Below are positions 38,104-47,545 of a stretch of DNA of 64,000 bases, piece after piece. This DNA is from a virus: IMG/VR virus record IMGVR_UViG_3300042558_004148, positions 207,416 to 271,415 of that record, one strand, 5' to 3'. Under the pieces are notes generated by a model. The model did no database searches and had not been told where the DNA came from. It saw only the letters and a list, made by a program, of their open reading frames with translations. Every line of letters begins with the position of its first letter. The stretch's first letter is position 1. The translations under genes were made by a program, and so were the position numbers.

Positions 38104-38550
38104 ATGATAAACTTAGTTAAATTCTCAGACTTTTTAAATTCTTCGGATGAAGTAAATGAAGCTTACTCACCAGGATACACACCTGAATGGAAGGACGGCG
38201 GACTAGTTCTAATTAAGGGTATACCTCTTAAAGACGGAAAACCAAGGCTATATGGGGCTAAATTAAAGAGGATCATAAAGGACGATAGAGGAAATTTCTT
38301 CAGAGCTATCCTATATCCCGAATTATACATAATTAGAAAGAATGAGAGCGGGAACTACGTTGCCCCTAGAGTTGACATTAATGATAATACATTAAAGAAG
38401 TCAGTAGGAATTTCTGGATTTAACGTTGCTCTTAATTCTAAAAGCGGTAAAACACCAATGTGGAAAACATCTGTAACCGAAACAAGTTTTCCTAGATTCC
38501 TGAATGACTGGAGATCATCTCTGGATTCCTGGGATGAATTTAATTACTAG
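38104..38550 (+). CDS. hypothetical protein
   Basis: ORF track. Confidence 0.45.
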   Translation: MINLVKFSDFLNSSDEVNEAYSPGYTPEWKDGGLVLIKGIPLKDGKPRLYGAKLKRIIKDDRGNFFRAILYPELYIIRKNESGNYVAPRVDINDNTLKKSVGISGFNVALNSKSGKTPMWKTSVTETSFPRFLNDWRSSLDSWDEFNY

Positions 38551-39116
38551 GATTTACCAAGAATATCATTTATAACCCAATCGTTCCTTTCCGACATTGG
38601 AATATCACTAAGATCAATATATGGGATATTTTCAAGATCCATATAATTTCTTATCACAGAATCTAGTTTTATTATCTCCTCTTTATTATGGAACCTTATA
38701 CCGTCTTGCTCATCATCTTCCAGGAATGGCGGAACGTAATATATTTTATGCCACTGGCCCAAAGATTTAAGGATCTCCTTTTGTATATGATTTATGGTAG
38801 CAATATCCTTAAGAGAAAGAGGATGTTTAAAGGTTGATCTGAAATAGAAGTAATTTAATATACTGCTAGAATCACAGACTATCCAATCCTTAGATCCAAG
38901 ATACATTCTTTCCCTACCTATTTGTTTATAAAATATAACTATCTGATCAGTTGGTGTGTCAGGAATACCCCATTCTGCTATGTAGTCAGTAGCAGCTTCA
39001 CCAACGAAGATAGAATTCTTTTTCCTTATCTTAAGACCATGATGAACTGATGTTGCTAAAGTTGACTTCCCCGATGATGGAGCACCCATAACACAAATAA
39101 GTTTTGATTCCTTCAT
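38547..39116 (-). CDS. P-loop NTPase (AAA_28/NadR-kinase-like; putative nucleoside/nucleotide kinase)
   Basis: Walker A LICVMGAPSSGKSTLA at the N-terminus. Small at 189 aa. Confidence 0.45.
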   Translation of the reverse strand: MKESKLICVMGAPSSGKSTLATSVHHGLKIRKKNSIFVGEAATDYIAEWGIPDTPTDQIVIFYKQIGRERMYLGSKDWIVCDSSSILNYFYFRSTFKHPLSLKDIATINHIQKEILKSLGQWHKIYYVPPFLEDDEQDGIRFHNKEEIIKLDSVIRNYMDLENIPYIDLSDIPMSERNDWVINDILGKS

Positions 39117-39166
39117 ATAAATTACATTTGAATGTTATATTGGAAAATTTATAAAAATTCCATGTT

Positions 39167-39201
39167 TATTTTTTAATACCGAGAAATAAATCTATATTTG
39201 C
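39167..39201 (+). promoter_or_regulatory. phage promoter: TTTTTTAATACCGAG - N9 - TATATTTG
   Basis: -7 box at ~39193..39200. Confidence 0.5.
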
Positions 39202-39234
39202 AATCTAAAAAATAAAAACTAATTTTTAAAATTT

Positions 39235-39792
39235 ATGGAAACATCAAAAATTATTAAGTATTCAATTATTGCACTGGTATCGATATTCCTATTAGGGACA
39301 ATCGGAAGTGTTATCTCGACTTCCAATGATGAGGTTGAATTAAAAAATCGCTTCAAACAAAAAATGGATGAACGTACCGCATTTTATGATAAGATGTGGA
39401 AAACAATCTCTCAGAAATCGCAAATTGCAATTAAAAATGATAGTTCATTCGTTAGAAATGTAAATATCATTATGCAAGGAAGAAAAGATGCACCGCAGGT
39501 ATTTATGAAATGGATCCAGGAATCAAATCCAAATTCAAATTATGAAACTGTATCCTCCTTATATGCTGATTTAAGTAGAACCGTAGAGGGACAGAGAGAT
39601 GGTTTCTTCATGCAGGAAAAAATGATCCAAGACATCGTTCTATCACATGATAATATAATGACTAGATTTCCTTCAGGTTTTATCCTATCAACCTTCATGG
39701 GTAGAACAAGATTAGTATACAAACCTATTACATCGGACCGTACAGATGGCGTTATCAAGTCAGGTAAGGATAACGATGTAAGCGTATTTTAA
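39235..39792 (+). CDS. membrane-anchored protein (weak LemA-like)
   Basis: N-terminal TM helix; weak LemA-like MW..ISQ.SQ segment. Confidence 0.35.
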   Translation: METSKIIKYSIIALVSIFLLGTIGSVISTSNDEVELKNRFKQKMDERTAFYDKMWKTISQKSQIAIKNDSSFVRNVNIIMQGRKDAPQVFMKWIQESNPNSNYETVSSLYADLSRTVEGQRDGFFMQEKMIQDIVLSHDNIMTRFPSGFILSTFMGRTRLVYKPITSDRTDGVIKSGKDNDVSVF

Positions 39793-39805
39793 TAATAACA
39801 TAAGT

Positions 39806-39837
39806 CAAAAAGCCAGTCGTAAAGGCTGGCTTTTTTT
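39806..39837 (+). terminator. rho-independent terminator
   Basis: AGCCAGtcgtaaaGGCTGGC + TTTTTTT. Confidence 0.7.
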
Positions 39838-39860
39838 ATAAACAATTAAAAATAATCATT

Positions 39861-41072
39861 ATGTCTATTTGGCTTTCATTACTTATACCAGTTCTTGCAG
39901 CAGCAGTTATGCTGAAGTGGTTTCCTAAATATTTAGCATGGTGGGAAGGAGCTATTCCTCTAGCTGTTTGCTTTGTATTCATTGGGATTTTTAAATTCAC
40001 GGTCGAAAAAGTACAGGTGAATGACACTGAGTATCACGGTGCTCTTATAGTCGAAGCCAGATACTATGAGTATTGGGAAACTTACGTACATCGAACATGC
40101 ACAAGGACGGTTAGTTGCGGTAAAAATTGCACAACAACTGTTTCTTATGACTGTTCATATTGTGACGAGAATTATGAACGCTGGACAGTTGTAAATTCAC
40201 TGGGTAATGAATTTACAGTATCAAAATCATATTACGATTATCTTGTTAAGAAATGGAAAGACACACCAGAATTTGTAGAGCTAAACAGGGATATTGATCA
40301 TAGCGGTGGATGTGGACAGGATGGGGATATGTACAGGGTTAATTGGAATGCAGATCCACTAACAGCAGAAGCTACGACTACAAGTCATTGGTATGAGAAT
40401 AGAGTACAGGCAGCTCACACAGCTTTCGATTTTGCTGATGTTACCGAGGATGATGTAAAAGCATATAAACTATTTGAATATCCCGATATAGACGGATTCC
40501 AACAGGAGACAGTTCTTGGATTGGATAAAGTTAAATGGGTGAAGAAATGGGAAGTCAATAGGATGAAACAATGGGCAAAATATCTAAATGGACATCTCGG
40601 AACCAAAAAACACGCAAGAATATATTTACTATTCTTCGTTGATCAATCTGCTTTAGCAGCTAATATGCAGGAAGCATACTGGGACGGCGGAAATGATAAT
40701 GAGTTAGTTGTTTGTATAGGTCTTAATAGTAAAACCAGAAAGATCCAATGGACCAGACCATTTACATGGTCACCGGAAAGAAGGATCATACCAGATGTCA
40801 GAGAGGATATAATGTCAAGAGATAATTTCGACGTCGATAATATAGCAAATTCAATATTGGTTAATGTTGGGAAAGAGTACAAAAGAAAGAACTTTGAGGA
40901 ATTCTCATACATCACAGTTGAACCACCTACATGGGCTAAATGGGTAACATTTATAGTAACCTTAATGATAACTGTAGCACTATGCTGGTGGGCAGTTACG
41001 AATCAAATAGATTCAGCATATGATCCTTTAAAGGAATTATTTAATAAAAGAAATAATGGATATAGATATTAA
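39861..41072 (+). CDS. membrane protein with Cys-rich ectodomain
   Basis: N- and C-terminal TM helices; multiple Cys (CTRTVSCGKNCTT...CSYCD). Confidence 0.45.
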   Translation: MSIWLSLLIPVLAAAVMLKWFPKYLAWWEGAIPLAVCFVFIGIFKFTVEKVQVNDTEYHGALIVEARYYEYWETYVHRTCTRTVSCGKNCTTTVSYDCSYCDENYERWTVVNSLGNEFTVSKSYYDYLVKKWKDTPEFVELNRDIDHSGGCGQDGDMYRVNWNADPLTAEATTTSHWYENRVQAAHTAFDFADVTEDDVKAYKLFEYPDIDGFQQETVLGLDKVKWVKKWEVNRMKQWAKYLNGHLGTKKHARIYLLFFVDQSALAANMQEAYWDGGNDNELVVCIGLNSKTRKIQWTRPFTWSPERRIIPDVREDIMSRDNFDVDNIANSILVNVGKEYKRKNFEEFSYITVEPPTWAKWVTFIVTLMITVALCWWAVTNQIDSAYDPLKELFNKRNNGYRY

Positions 41073-41388
41073 TAAGGTTGTTGAATTCACGAACAGATAT
41101 GGAACTGTTCTTGAATTCAAAAGAACTTCAATCTCTGAATTTTTGGTGTCTAATATACCAAATTTTTTCGCCAGAAGATCCATGACTGAATCGGGTGAAA
41201 CGGTAATGTATGATCCATCAGGTGGTCCTTATATAGGAGCTGAGATAGATGGGCATCCTGGTACAGATATGGGATATTATGACAAAGCATGGAAGGGGCT
41301 GATAGTTAATAATATAGAAATCCTGGAAGGTGATCAAATAATACTAAGATGCCACGGAGGTCCGGTGGAATGGGATCAGATTAAATAA
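41056..41388 (+). CDS. hypothetical protein
   Basis: ORF track. Confidence 0.4.
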   Translation: MDIDINKVVEFTNRYGTVLEFKRTSISEFLVSNIPNFFARRSMTESGETVMYDPSGGPYIGAEIDGHPGTDMGYYDKAWKGLIVNNIEILEGDQIILRCHGGPVEWDQIK

Positions 41389-41989
41389 GAGGTAACTTGT
41401 TTTTGAATGATTTATATCTGTCAATAATTTTATCAAATTCATCAGATTCTAGATTGATGGAGGAAAGGAATAATTCTTTCTCTTCCTTCTTCAATATAGG
41501 ATAGATCATAAGGAAATTATCAATATCACCTTTATAAGCTGATACTAGGTATTCGCCAAGTTTATCCTTGGGTACTCTGTCGAAATGACCAAGATCTATG
41601 CTTTTATACCTCTTATATCTCTTCTTAGCCCATGATAGAATGTAGAGAAATCTTGAATTCCAATCATTTAGATTTTGTATTGGTGCATCGAATTCTTTTA
41701 ATATATGAGGATTACCCTTATTGATTCCCCTCACGTTTCTATAAAAACTTGCGGTAGACTTTCTTATTGGTCCATTCTGATATATCGTGATAGCTGTGTC
41801 CGGTGCATCCATATCAAGCTCGTTGTTATATAATCTCATGTTACCATGACTCCATATTGCATTGGTAGTGGAATCAGTAAACCCTAATGTTTCCAATACC
41901 TTAAAAGTAGGAAGAGCCTTAACATCATCAATTGTATATGAATAATTAGCAGATTCAAATAGATCGGAGAATTTTAGAAGATTTATCAC
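41381..41989 (-). CDS. hypothetical protein
   Basis: ORF track. Confidence 0.45.
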   Translation of the reverse strand: MINLLKFSDLFESANYSYTIDDVKALPTFKVLETLGFTDSTTNAIWSHGNMRLYNNELDMDAPDTAITIYQNGPIRKSTASFYRNVRGINKGNPHILKEFDAPIQNLNDWNSRFLYILSWAKKRYKRYKSIDLGHFDRVPKDKLGEYLVSAYKGDIDNFLMIYPILKKEEKELFLSSINLESDEFDKIIDRYKSFKNKLPLI

Positions 41990-42023
41990 TATTAGCTTAT
42001 ATTTAATTTAATCTATATATCAT

Positions 42024-42055
42024 TTTTTATACCCGTAACATTTTAATACATTTAC
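42024..42055 (+). promoter_or_regulatory. phage promoter: TTTTTTATACCCGTAA - N9 - TACATTTA
   Basis: Recurring element upstream of ATG 42068. Confidence 0.45.
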
Positions 42056-42067
42056 AAAAAATCAAAT

Positions 42068-42817
42068 ATGAATAAGATATTAGAATCTTTAAGACCTTTC
42101 TGCTCTGTTAAAAATGCAGGACCAGCATACCTAAATGGAGCTGAGCCAACACCAAGAGTTAGATTTATCATTGATCTTTTAGATGAGATGAAAATACCTT
42201 ATGAAATTGACAGCTTCCTGTTCAATGATATAAATCTATATAATGTGATATTGAGAGGAACCAGCAAAAGAATGGTGGTAGCACATCATGATATAGTTAA
42301 TCCAGATTCTGAGAATGCGAATGACAATTCAGCATCAGTCCTTAATGCGATATATTTAAAATCGATACTTCCTGAGATCAATGTAGTTCTGACAGATGCC
42401 GAGGAGGTTGGTCTTAGAGGTGCATCACATTTGGCAGAACAAATATTGGCTGGAGAATTTGGAGAAATTGAATGGGTATTAAATTTGGAATTAAGTGGAG
42501 CTGGCGGTAAGAATTTTATGATAGGATCACATAAGGGTAAACTTACAGACAGGATTGTCGAGATGTTTAATGCACCAGTAGTTCAAACTCCTCCTAGCGA
42601 TTCTTATGCATTTGAAAGATATGGCATAGATACCAATGTAATAAACCCATTATCGCTATTGAATGAAGGAGAATCTAGTATATTGAGTGAGTCAGGATAT
42701 TTAGATAACTCATCATGGTGGTTGTGTCATACCATGGAGGACACTGCGGATAAGTTATCAACAAAAGATATGTATGATTTTGTCAACGAGGTTCTTGTAC
42801 CCATAGTTTCGGAATAA
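42068..42817 (+). CDS. M28/M20-type zinc exopeptidase-like protein
   Basis: VVAHHDIV....DNSASVLNAIYL and VVLTDAEEVGLRGASH match the metal-ligand layout of M28/M42 peptidases (H.D ... D ... EE ... H). Confidence 0.5.
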   Translation: MNKILESLRPFCSVKNAGPAYLNGAEPTPRVRFIIDLLDEMKIPYEIDSFLFNDINLYNVILRGTSKRMVVAHHDIVNPDSENANDNSASVLNAIYLKSILPEINVVLTDAEEVGLRGASHLAEQILAGEFGEIEWVLNLELSGAGGKNFMIGSHKGKLTDRIVEMFNAPVVQTPPSDSYAFERYGIDTNVINPLSLLNEGESSILSESGYLDNSSWWLCHTMEDTADKLSTKDMYDFVNEVLVPIVSE

Positions 42818-43032
42818 TGAATTATTTGATATATAAATCTATGTTTGGTGCCATTATAATAAAATCTAGGGATGTTCAGGAAGCTAAAGAAAAATGGGGC
42901 TCAGAAATGGTCGACTCATTATTTAAGTTGTTAAATGGAAATCATCCGGATCACATTATAAAAAACCTAGAATCAGAGGATAAATTTGAAGAAGCTAAAT
43001 GCTTGATGTTTATACTTAGAAATAGAAAATAA
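42817..43032 (+). CDS. hypothetical protein
   Basis: ORF track. Confidence 0.4.
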   Translation: MNYLIYKSMFGAIIIKSRDVQEAKEKWGSEMVDSLFKLLNGNHPDHIIKNLESEDKFEEAKCLMFILRNRK

Positions 43033-43118
43033 TTTTGAAACATAACATCAAATAGGTGATATAAAAATAGAACACTAAGAGGTTTAGTAATAGACAATCA
43101 TAGATGTTTGTTTTGGTT

Positions 43119-43148
43119 CACCAGAGTCTTTTTAAGACTCTGGTTTTT
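43119..43148 (+). terminator. rho-independent terminator
   Basis: ACCAGAGTCTttttaAGACTCTGGT + TTTTTATT. Confidence 0.65.
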
Positions 43149-43173
43149 TATTAAAAATAATTTTAAATAACTA

Positions 43174-43353
43174 TGACAAATTCAGAGCAAATTGAAGAGA
43201 TTATGTACGAGGCATATAATCTTAAAATACACAGAAAGGTGTTCGATCTTGCAAAAAAACATATAGACGAAGGTTCACTTGCTGTTGATGCTTATGAGAA
43301 AGCATTAAGAACAGTGAAAGAGAATAGAAGAAGAGAGATCGCTGCTAGATAGT
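43174..43353 (+). CDS. small hypothetical protein (59 aa)
   Basis: ATG directly after the terminator. Below the ORF-track size cutoff. Coordinates approximate. Confidence 0.3.
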
Positions 43354-43653
43354 GATCTCTTTTTCATTTAAGTCGACTTTATTTTCTGGCTTCAATAAAT
43401 AATACAATCCAAAAAACAATGCCGATATGGAATAGAAAATTATATCGGTTACCCAATATGATCCAGTCCACTTCATCACAAGAGCGAATAGTGCGTCGAA
43501 TCCCAATGGATTGAAGAAAGTTGCTAGGATAAGAATTAGTGTTCTTATTTTTTTCTTTTTGTTCACGTTTAAAACTATCGGGGTCCATAGAGGAATTAAT
43601 TTTCTAAACATATGATATACAATATAATATGTTACGGGATTCAAGTTATCCAT
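43345..43653 (-). CDS. small membrane protein
   Basis: Three hydrophobic helices. Confidence 0.4.
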   Translation of the reverse strand: MDNLNPVTYYIVYHMFRKLIPLWTPIVLNVNKKKKIRTLILILATFFNPLGFDALFALVMKWTGSYWVTDIIFYSISALFFGLYYLLKPENKVDLNEKEITI

Positions 43654-43878
43654 CTCTATATATTTATTTCCGAAATTTTTTTATATTCCCGCATATAATA
43701 CTTATATTTACAAATTATTAACTAGTTTAAATTAATATGTCGGTAATTTCAAACAATAAGTATGACATGTTTAATTGGGTTGAGAAAATAATTGGCTCTT
43801 ATAAAACTTTAGATCATACTAATGGTTCTGATAGATTATAAGAGAGGTTTAAGATTAAATCAATGAAAAAAAGAAAAT

Positions 43879-44598
43879 ATGAACTTTGATATAAATAATT
43901 TCAACAAACTAGGTTATGTAATAGTAAAAGATTTTTTATCTGAAGATGAACTAAAAACTTTATTAGAAACATCACAAAAGCATTATGAGTATTCTCTTAA
44001 CTTAAGGGAACATGAAGGCAACTACAGACTAAACAGTCCAACTAATTTAAACAAAATAGAGGGTGCCTGCGATTACGAACCTGAGTTTTTGAAGATAGCA
44101 AAAAATAAAATTTTAGTAGATACTGCCAAGAAATTAATTAATACCGAGGAAACATTGGATGTTTATATATCTAAATTTTTCCCTATGAAACCTAAAGTGG
44201 GAATATCAACATTTTTCCACCAAGACAATTTCTATTTTGGAGGCGATCCCAATACCATAATTAGTTGTGCTCTATATTTTCAAGATACGAATAAAGAAAA
44301 TGGTTGCTTAAGAATCATTCCGGGGTCCCATAATATAGGAATAATAAGACATGATATATCTTCTCATATAGGAGGTATAAGGTGGATAGATGAAAAAATA
44401 CTAAATCCTAATGCGATATTAGATTTAGAACTGGATGCTCCATATGCTGTGTTTTTTAATATTAATATGATACATGGGTGTTATCCAAACACATCAAACG
44501 GGACTCGATTTAGCTTAGCATGGGAATACATAGAATCTAGTAATAGTAAAGTAGCACACTCACCAGATAATTGGTGTGATAGAAACTTAGTAGGATAA
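43879..44598 (+). CDS. phytanoyl-CoA dioxygenase (PhyH) family 2OG-Fe(II) oxygenase
   Basis: FHQDNFYF...CALYFQDTNKENGCLRIIPGSH matches the PhyH H.D ... eNG.l.viPGSH pattern. Confidence 0.6.
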   Translation: MNFDINNFNKLGYVIVKDFLSEDELKTLLETSQKHYEYSLNLREHEGNYRLNSPTNLNKIEGACDYEPEFLKIAKNKILVDTAKKLINTEETLDVYISKFFPMKPKVGISTFFHQDNFYFGGDPNTIISCALYFQDTNKENGCLRIIPGSHNIGIIRHDISSHIGGIRWIDEKILNPNAILDLELDAPYAVFFNINMIHGCYPNTSNGTRFSLAWEYIESSNSKVAHSPDNWCDRNLVG

Positions 44599-44599
44599 T

Positions 44600-45169
44600 A
44601 TGAGTTCTCTAAGATTTAATCCTCCGAAACAATGGAATAATAATTTTGGTAATAGATACTTTTTGGGACTTACTGACTTGATGTATGACTTATACGGTAC
44701 CTTATTAAACCGACCTAATTTAAAGATGCTGGAAATTGGGTCTTATAAAGGAGAATCAGCTTTTATGTTTGCTTCTCTAGGTATATTTACAGAGATACAT
44801 TGCATTGATCCCTTAGAAGGTGTGGAAGAGTCAAATGATATTTTTACTGAGAATTGGGACAATGTTAAGAATGAATTTAAACTAAATACTCGTTACTTCG
44901 ATAATGTAACCCTGCATCAAGGATTTAGTTATAATTTGGTTAATAATTTTGAAGACAATTATTTTGACTTTATATACATTGATGGTAATCACTCATACGA
45001 GGATGCAAAAAAAGACATTGAATTATACCTTCCAAAAACTAAACATTTAATGGGTGGACATGATTATCAAAAAGAATGGCCTGGAGTAATCAAGGCAGTA
45101 GATGAAATCTTTGGTAAACCTCATAAAACATATTCCGACGGAAGTTGGATAAAATCAATTAAGTCATGA
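44600..45169 (+). CDS. class I SAM-dependent methyltransferase (Methyltransf_24-like)
   Basis: MLEIGSYKGESAFMFAS (motif I) ... IDGNHSYEDAKKD ... GGHDY; tight ATGA coupling to the dioxygenase gene. Confidence 0.5.
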   Translation: MSSLRFNPPKQWNNNFGNRYFLGLTDLMYDLYGTLLNRPNLKMLEIGSYKGESAFMFASLGIFTEIHCIDPLEGVEESNDIFTENWDNVKNEFKLNTRYFDNVTLHQGFSYNLVNNFEDNYFDFIYIDGNHSYEDAKKDIELYLPKTKHLMGGHDYQKEWPGVIKAVDEIFGKPHKTYSDGSWIKSIKS

Positions 45170-45495
45170 AAGACCCTAAAATAAAAATAAATAAAATAGT
45201 TAAAGAATATAAAGATGCCACTGCTAAAGAAATCTGGGAGGGAGTTAGAGATAACTTTACCTTTGGGTTTCTTGGGGCTGTATTAGTTGTATTCATATCA
45301 ACAAAACTTGATACTGCCGTATTCCTAGGATATTTAGTATACTATTTCTATATGGGTAGAATAGTGAATAGACCAAAGTATGTTACATCATTAGGAAAAC
45401 TAATAGTATTTCCGATACCATCCGCTCTAGGAGCATTTAGCGGATATAAATTAGCTTATTTACTATCAAATTTAATTAACAATATAAACTTTTAA
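45166..45495 (+). CDS. small membrane protein
   Basis: Two TM helices. Confidence 0.4.
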   Translation: MKDPKIKINKIVKEYKDATAKEIWEGVRDNFTFGFLGAVLVVFISTKLDTAVFLGYLVYYFYMGRIVNRPKYVTSLGKLIVFPIPSALGAFSGYKLAYLLSNLINNINF

Positions 45496-45497
45496 TT

Positions 45498-45812
45498 ATG
45501 CCAAATTTCGAAACGTACGTCGACGTTGATGCTGATGATTTCTATAAGGAATGTAACAGGAGAGAGAAAAAAGAATTAATAGATCTAATATCAAGCGAAT
45601 GTGAAGACGATCCAGATCTAAAAGAATATCTTATCGAATCAATCGAATATGAATCAGATAACGGGATGGGATCGATCTCATCGAATGGTAGAGAAACATT
45701 CGATCAGCTACTTTTCAAAAAATCATTGCTTGCATTAGATAAGCAATATCATTGTCTTCCTAATGAATTAGTTGAGCAGGTTAATAAACTTGCAGAAAAA
45801 TTTAGAATTTAA
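45498..45812 (+). CDS. hypothetical acidic protein
   Basis: ORF track. Confidence 0.4.
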   Translation: MPNFETYVDVDADDFYKECNRREKKELIDLISSECEDDPDLKEYLIESIEYESDNGMGSISSNGRETFDQLLFKKSLLALDKQYHCLPNELVEQVNKLAEKFRI

Positions 45813-45833
45813 AAAAAATCTAAAATAATACCC

Positions 45834-46091
45834 ATGGGCAATAAATGTATATGCGGAAAGAAAGCTGATAGAAGGATTTCTATCGAGACCGGTGAGGTTT
45901 TTATAGAATGCTGTTCTAAATGTTCAAACAAGATAAAAGCGGAAATGCTGGAAGTGAAGGAGAATCAAATTTACAGACAGGGTAAAAGCAGAAGACAATA
46001 TAAGACATCACTAATGATAGCTATGTGGGCATTATTATCCATTTTAGCAATTGGAGTATTATTTTTAATAAAAAGTATATGGAATTATTAA
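45834..46091 (+). CDS. zinc-ribbon membrane protein
   Basis: CICGKK...ECCSKCSNK plus a C-terminal TM helix. Confidence 0.4.
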   Translation: MGNKCICGKKADRRISIETGEVFIECCSKCSNKIKAEMLEVKENQIYRQGKSRRQYKTSLMIAMWALLSILAIGVLFLIKSIWNY

Positions 46092-46495
46092 ACACCCATC
46101 CTATCAAAAAATCTGATTTGGGATTTCATGGTAACCTATTTGGTGGGAAATTATTAGCATGGATAGATGCTGCAGCTGCTGGATATTCTATGCAGCTTTG
46201 TGATACACCAAGAATGGTAACAGTATCCATCGATAAGTGTTATTTTGAAAAACCAGCTAGAGAGGGTCAGCTTCTTAAGATATATGGTACACCTAGTAAA
46301 TTGGGAACTACCTCAGTTACTCTTTATATGGAAGCTAGAGCTCATAATGTATATACCGGTAATCAGGTGATAGTTCTAAGAACAAACATAAGATTTGTTT
46401 CTATAGACGAAGGAGGTAACCCTATACCAATCGGGGATAAAGGAAGAAACAGAATAAGCTCCATGATAGAAGATAACAAGGAATCGAATATCTGA
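46079..46495 (+). CDS. hotdog-fold acyl-CoA thioesterase-like protein
   Basis: LGFHGNLFGGKLLAWIDAAAAGYSM matches the 4HBT/YciA motif. The start at 46079 (ATG) is preferred over the track start. Confidence 0.55.
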   Translation: MELLNTHPIKKSDLGFHGNLFGGKLLAWIDAAAAGYSMQLCDTPRMVTVSIDKCYFEKPAREGQLLKIYGTPSKLGTTSVTLYMEARAHNVYTGNQVIVLRTNIRFVSIDEGGNPIPIGDKGRNRISSMIEDNKESNI

Positions 46496-46517
46496 AGCCC
46501 AAAATAAATCAAAAAAT

Positions 46518-46553
46518 AAAGCCTGGAATTTTTTTATTCCGGGCTTTATTTTT
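46518..46553 (+). terminator. rho-independent terminator overlapping the next promoter
   Basis: AAAGCCTGGAAtttttttaTTCCGGGCTTT + ATTTTTAT; TATATTTG at 46553..46560. Confidence 0.6.
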
Positions 46554-46585
46554 ATATTTGCATTATAAAATTAATAAGATCCGAT

Positions 46586-46798
46586 ATGGAGAAAGATACA
46601 AATAAAAATCCATTAATATTTCCACTGATAGGTGCTTCGATGTCATTTATAATGTACATGTTTGCATTTCATGCAGAAAGAAACGAAAACAAGGAGCTGA
46701 AAATCCAAATTGAATCTTATAAACATCAGATAGATTCACTGAAAATTATAAATAACATTAATCCAAAATCAAATATAAATGATAACAATAAACAATAA
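46586..46798 (+). CDS. small membrane protein
   Basis: ORF track; TM helix. Confidence 0.4.
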   Translation: MEKDTNKNPLIFPLIGASMSFIMYMFAFHAERNENKELKIQIESYKHQIDSLKIINNINPKSNINDNNKQ

Positions 46799-47165
46799 CA
46801 GTTACTCAGGTAGAAGCATAGTGATCAAAGATGGTAAAGTTATCGTAGACGGTAAGGATGTCACACCTGATTCCAAGGAAGTAAACATCTCTGTTATCGG
46901 AGATCTGGAAAATCTTGAAGTTGATTATGCTAAAAGTATAGAGATAACAGGAAATGTCAATAAGGTCAGATCCGGAAGCGGCGATGTTAATTGTGAGAGA
47001 GTTGGCGGTGATGTCCAGACAGGTTCTGGTGATGTTGAATGTTCATATATCAATGGTGACGTTAATACCGGTTCCGGTGATGTTAAATCGAATACCATTA
47101 TGGGATCGGTAAAAACTGGATCAGGTGATATCAAATATAAAAAACAAGATGGAAACAGTATTTAA
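46779..47165 (+). CDS. repeat protein (five GSGDV-type ~11-aa repeats; DUF4097/adhesin-head-like)
   Basis: RSGSGDVNCERVGGDVQTGSGDVECSYINGDVNTGSGDVKSNTIMGSVKTGSGDIKY. Confidence 0.4.
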   Translation: MITINNNSYSGRSIVIKDGKVIVDGKDVTPDSKEVNISVIGDLENLEVDYAKSIEITGNVNKVRSGSGDVNCERVGGDVQTGSGDVECSYINGDVNTGSGDVKSNTIMGSVKTGSGDIKYKKQDGNSI

Positions 47166-47532
47166 AGTTGCTAAGTACGAAAAGACCGATGTTGGGTTTA
47201 ATCATCTTGGATATGATGAGTATCTAATCACATACATCAAAGGTAAGAAACCCCACCAAATCAGAATTGTTGTTAACGGAATATTATCAACTAAGGTTAT
47301 TAATTTGGTAGACGGAAAATCCGGATATAAGAATCAAATACTAGCTGCAATTAGTGAAATTAAAAACGGTAAGATTAGCATGAATAATATCGTTTCTGCA
47401 AAGAAAAAAGTAACACTAGCATATATTGATACTTTCTACAGTAAGTTAATAGTTCGCAACGTTAAGAACTATTTAATAGGAATTAATAAGGAGGAAGGAA
47501 GAGACTCGTTAACCAAATTTGAATTAATTTAA
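47125..47532 (+). CDS. hypothetical protein
   Basis: ORF track. Confidence 0.4.
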   Translation: MISNIKNKMETVFKVAKYEKTDVGFNHLGYDEYLITYIKGKKPHQIRIVVNGILSTKVINLVDGKSGYKNQILAAISEIKNGKISMNNIVSAKKKVTLAYIDTFYSKLIVRNVKNYLIGINKEEGRDSLTKFELI

Positions 47533-47545
47533 TCACAATTTAAAG

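Noticed and set aside
38547-39116. Calling the P-loop protein a polynucleotide kinase (Pnk) partner for the RNA ligase.
   Set aside because: Only a Walker A motif is visible. There is no HAD phosphatase domain or Pnk-specific motif, so it is kept as a generic AAA_28/NadR-kinase-like NTPase.
46940-47140. Repetitive DNA resembling a short CRISPR-like array.
   Set aside because: The repeats are in-frame coding repeats (GSGDV x5) of ORF 46779..47165 with variable spacing. There is no repeat-spacer regularity and no cas genes.
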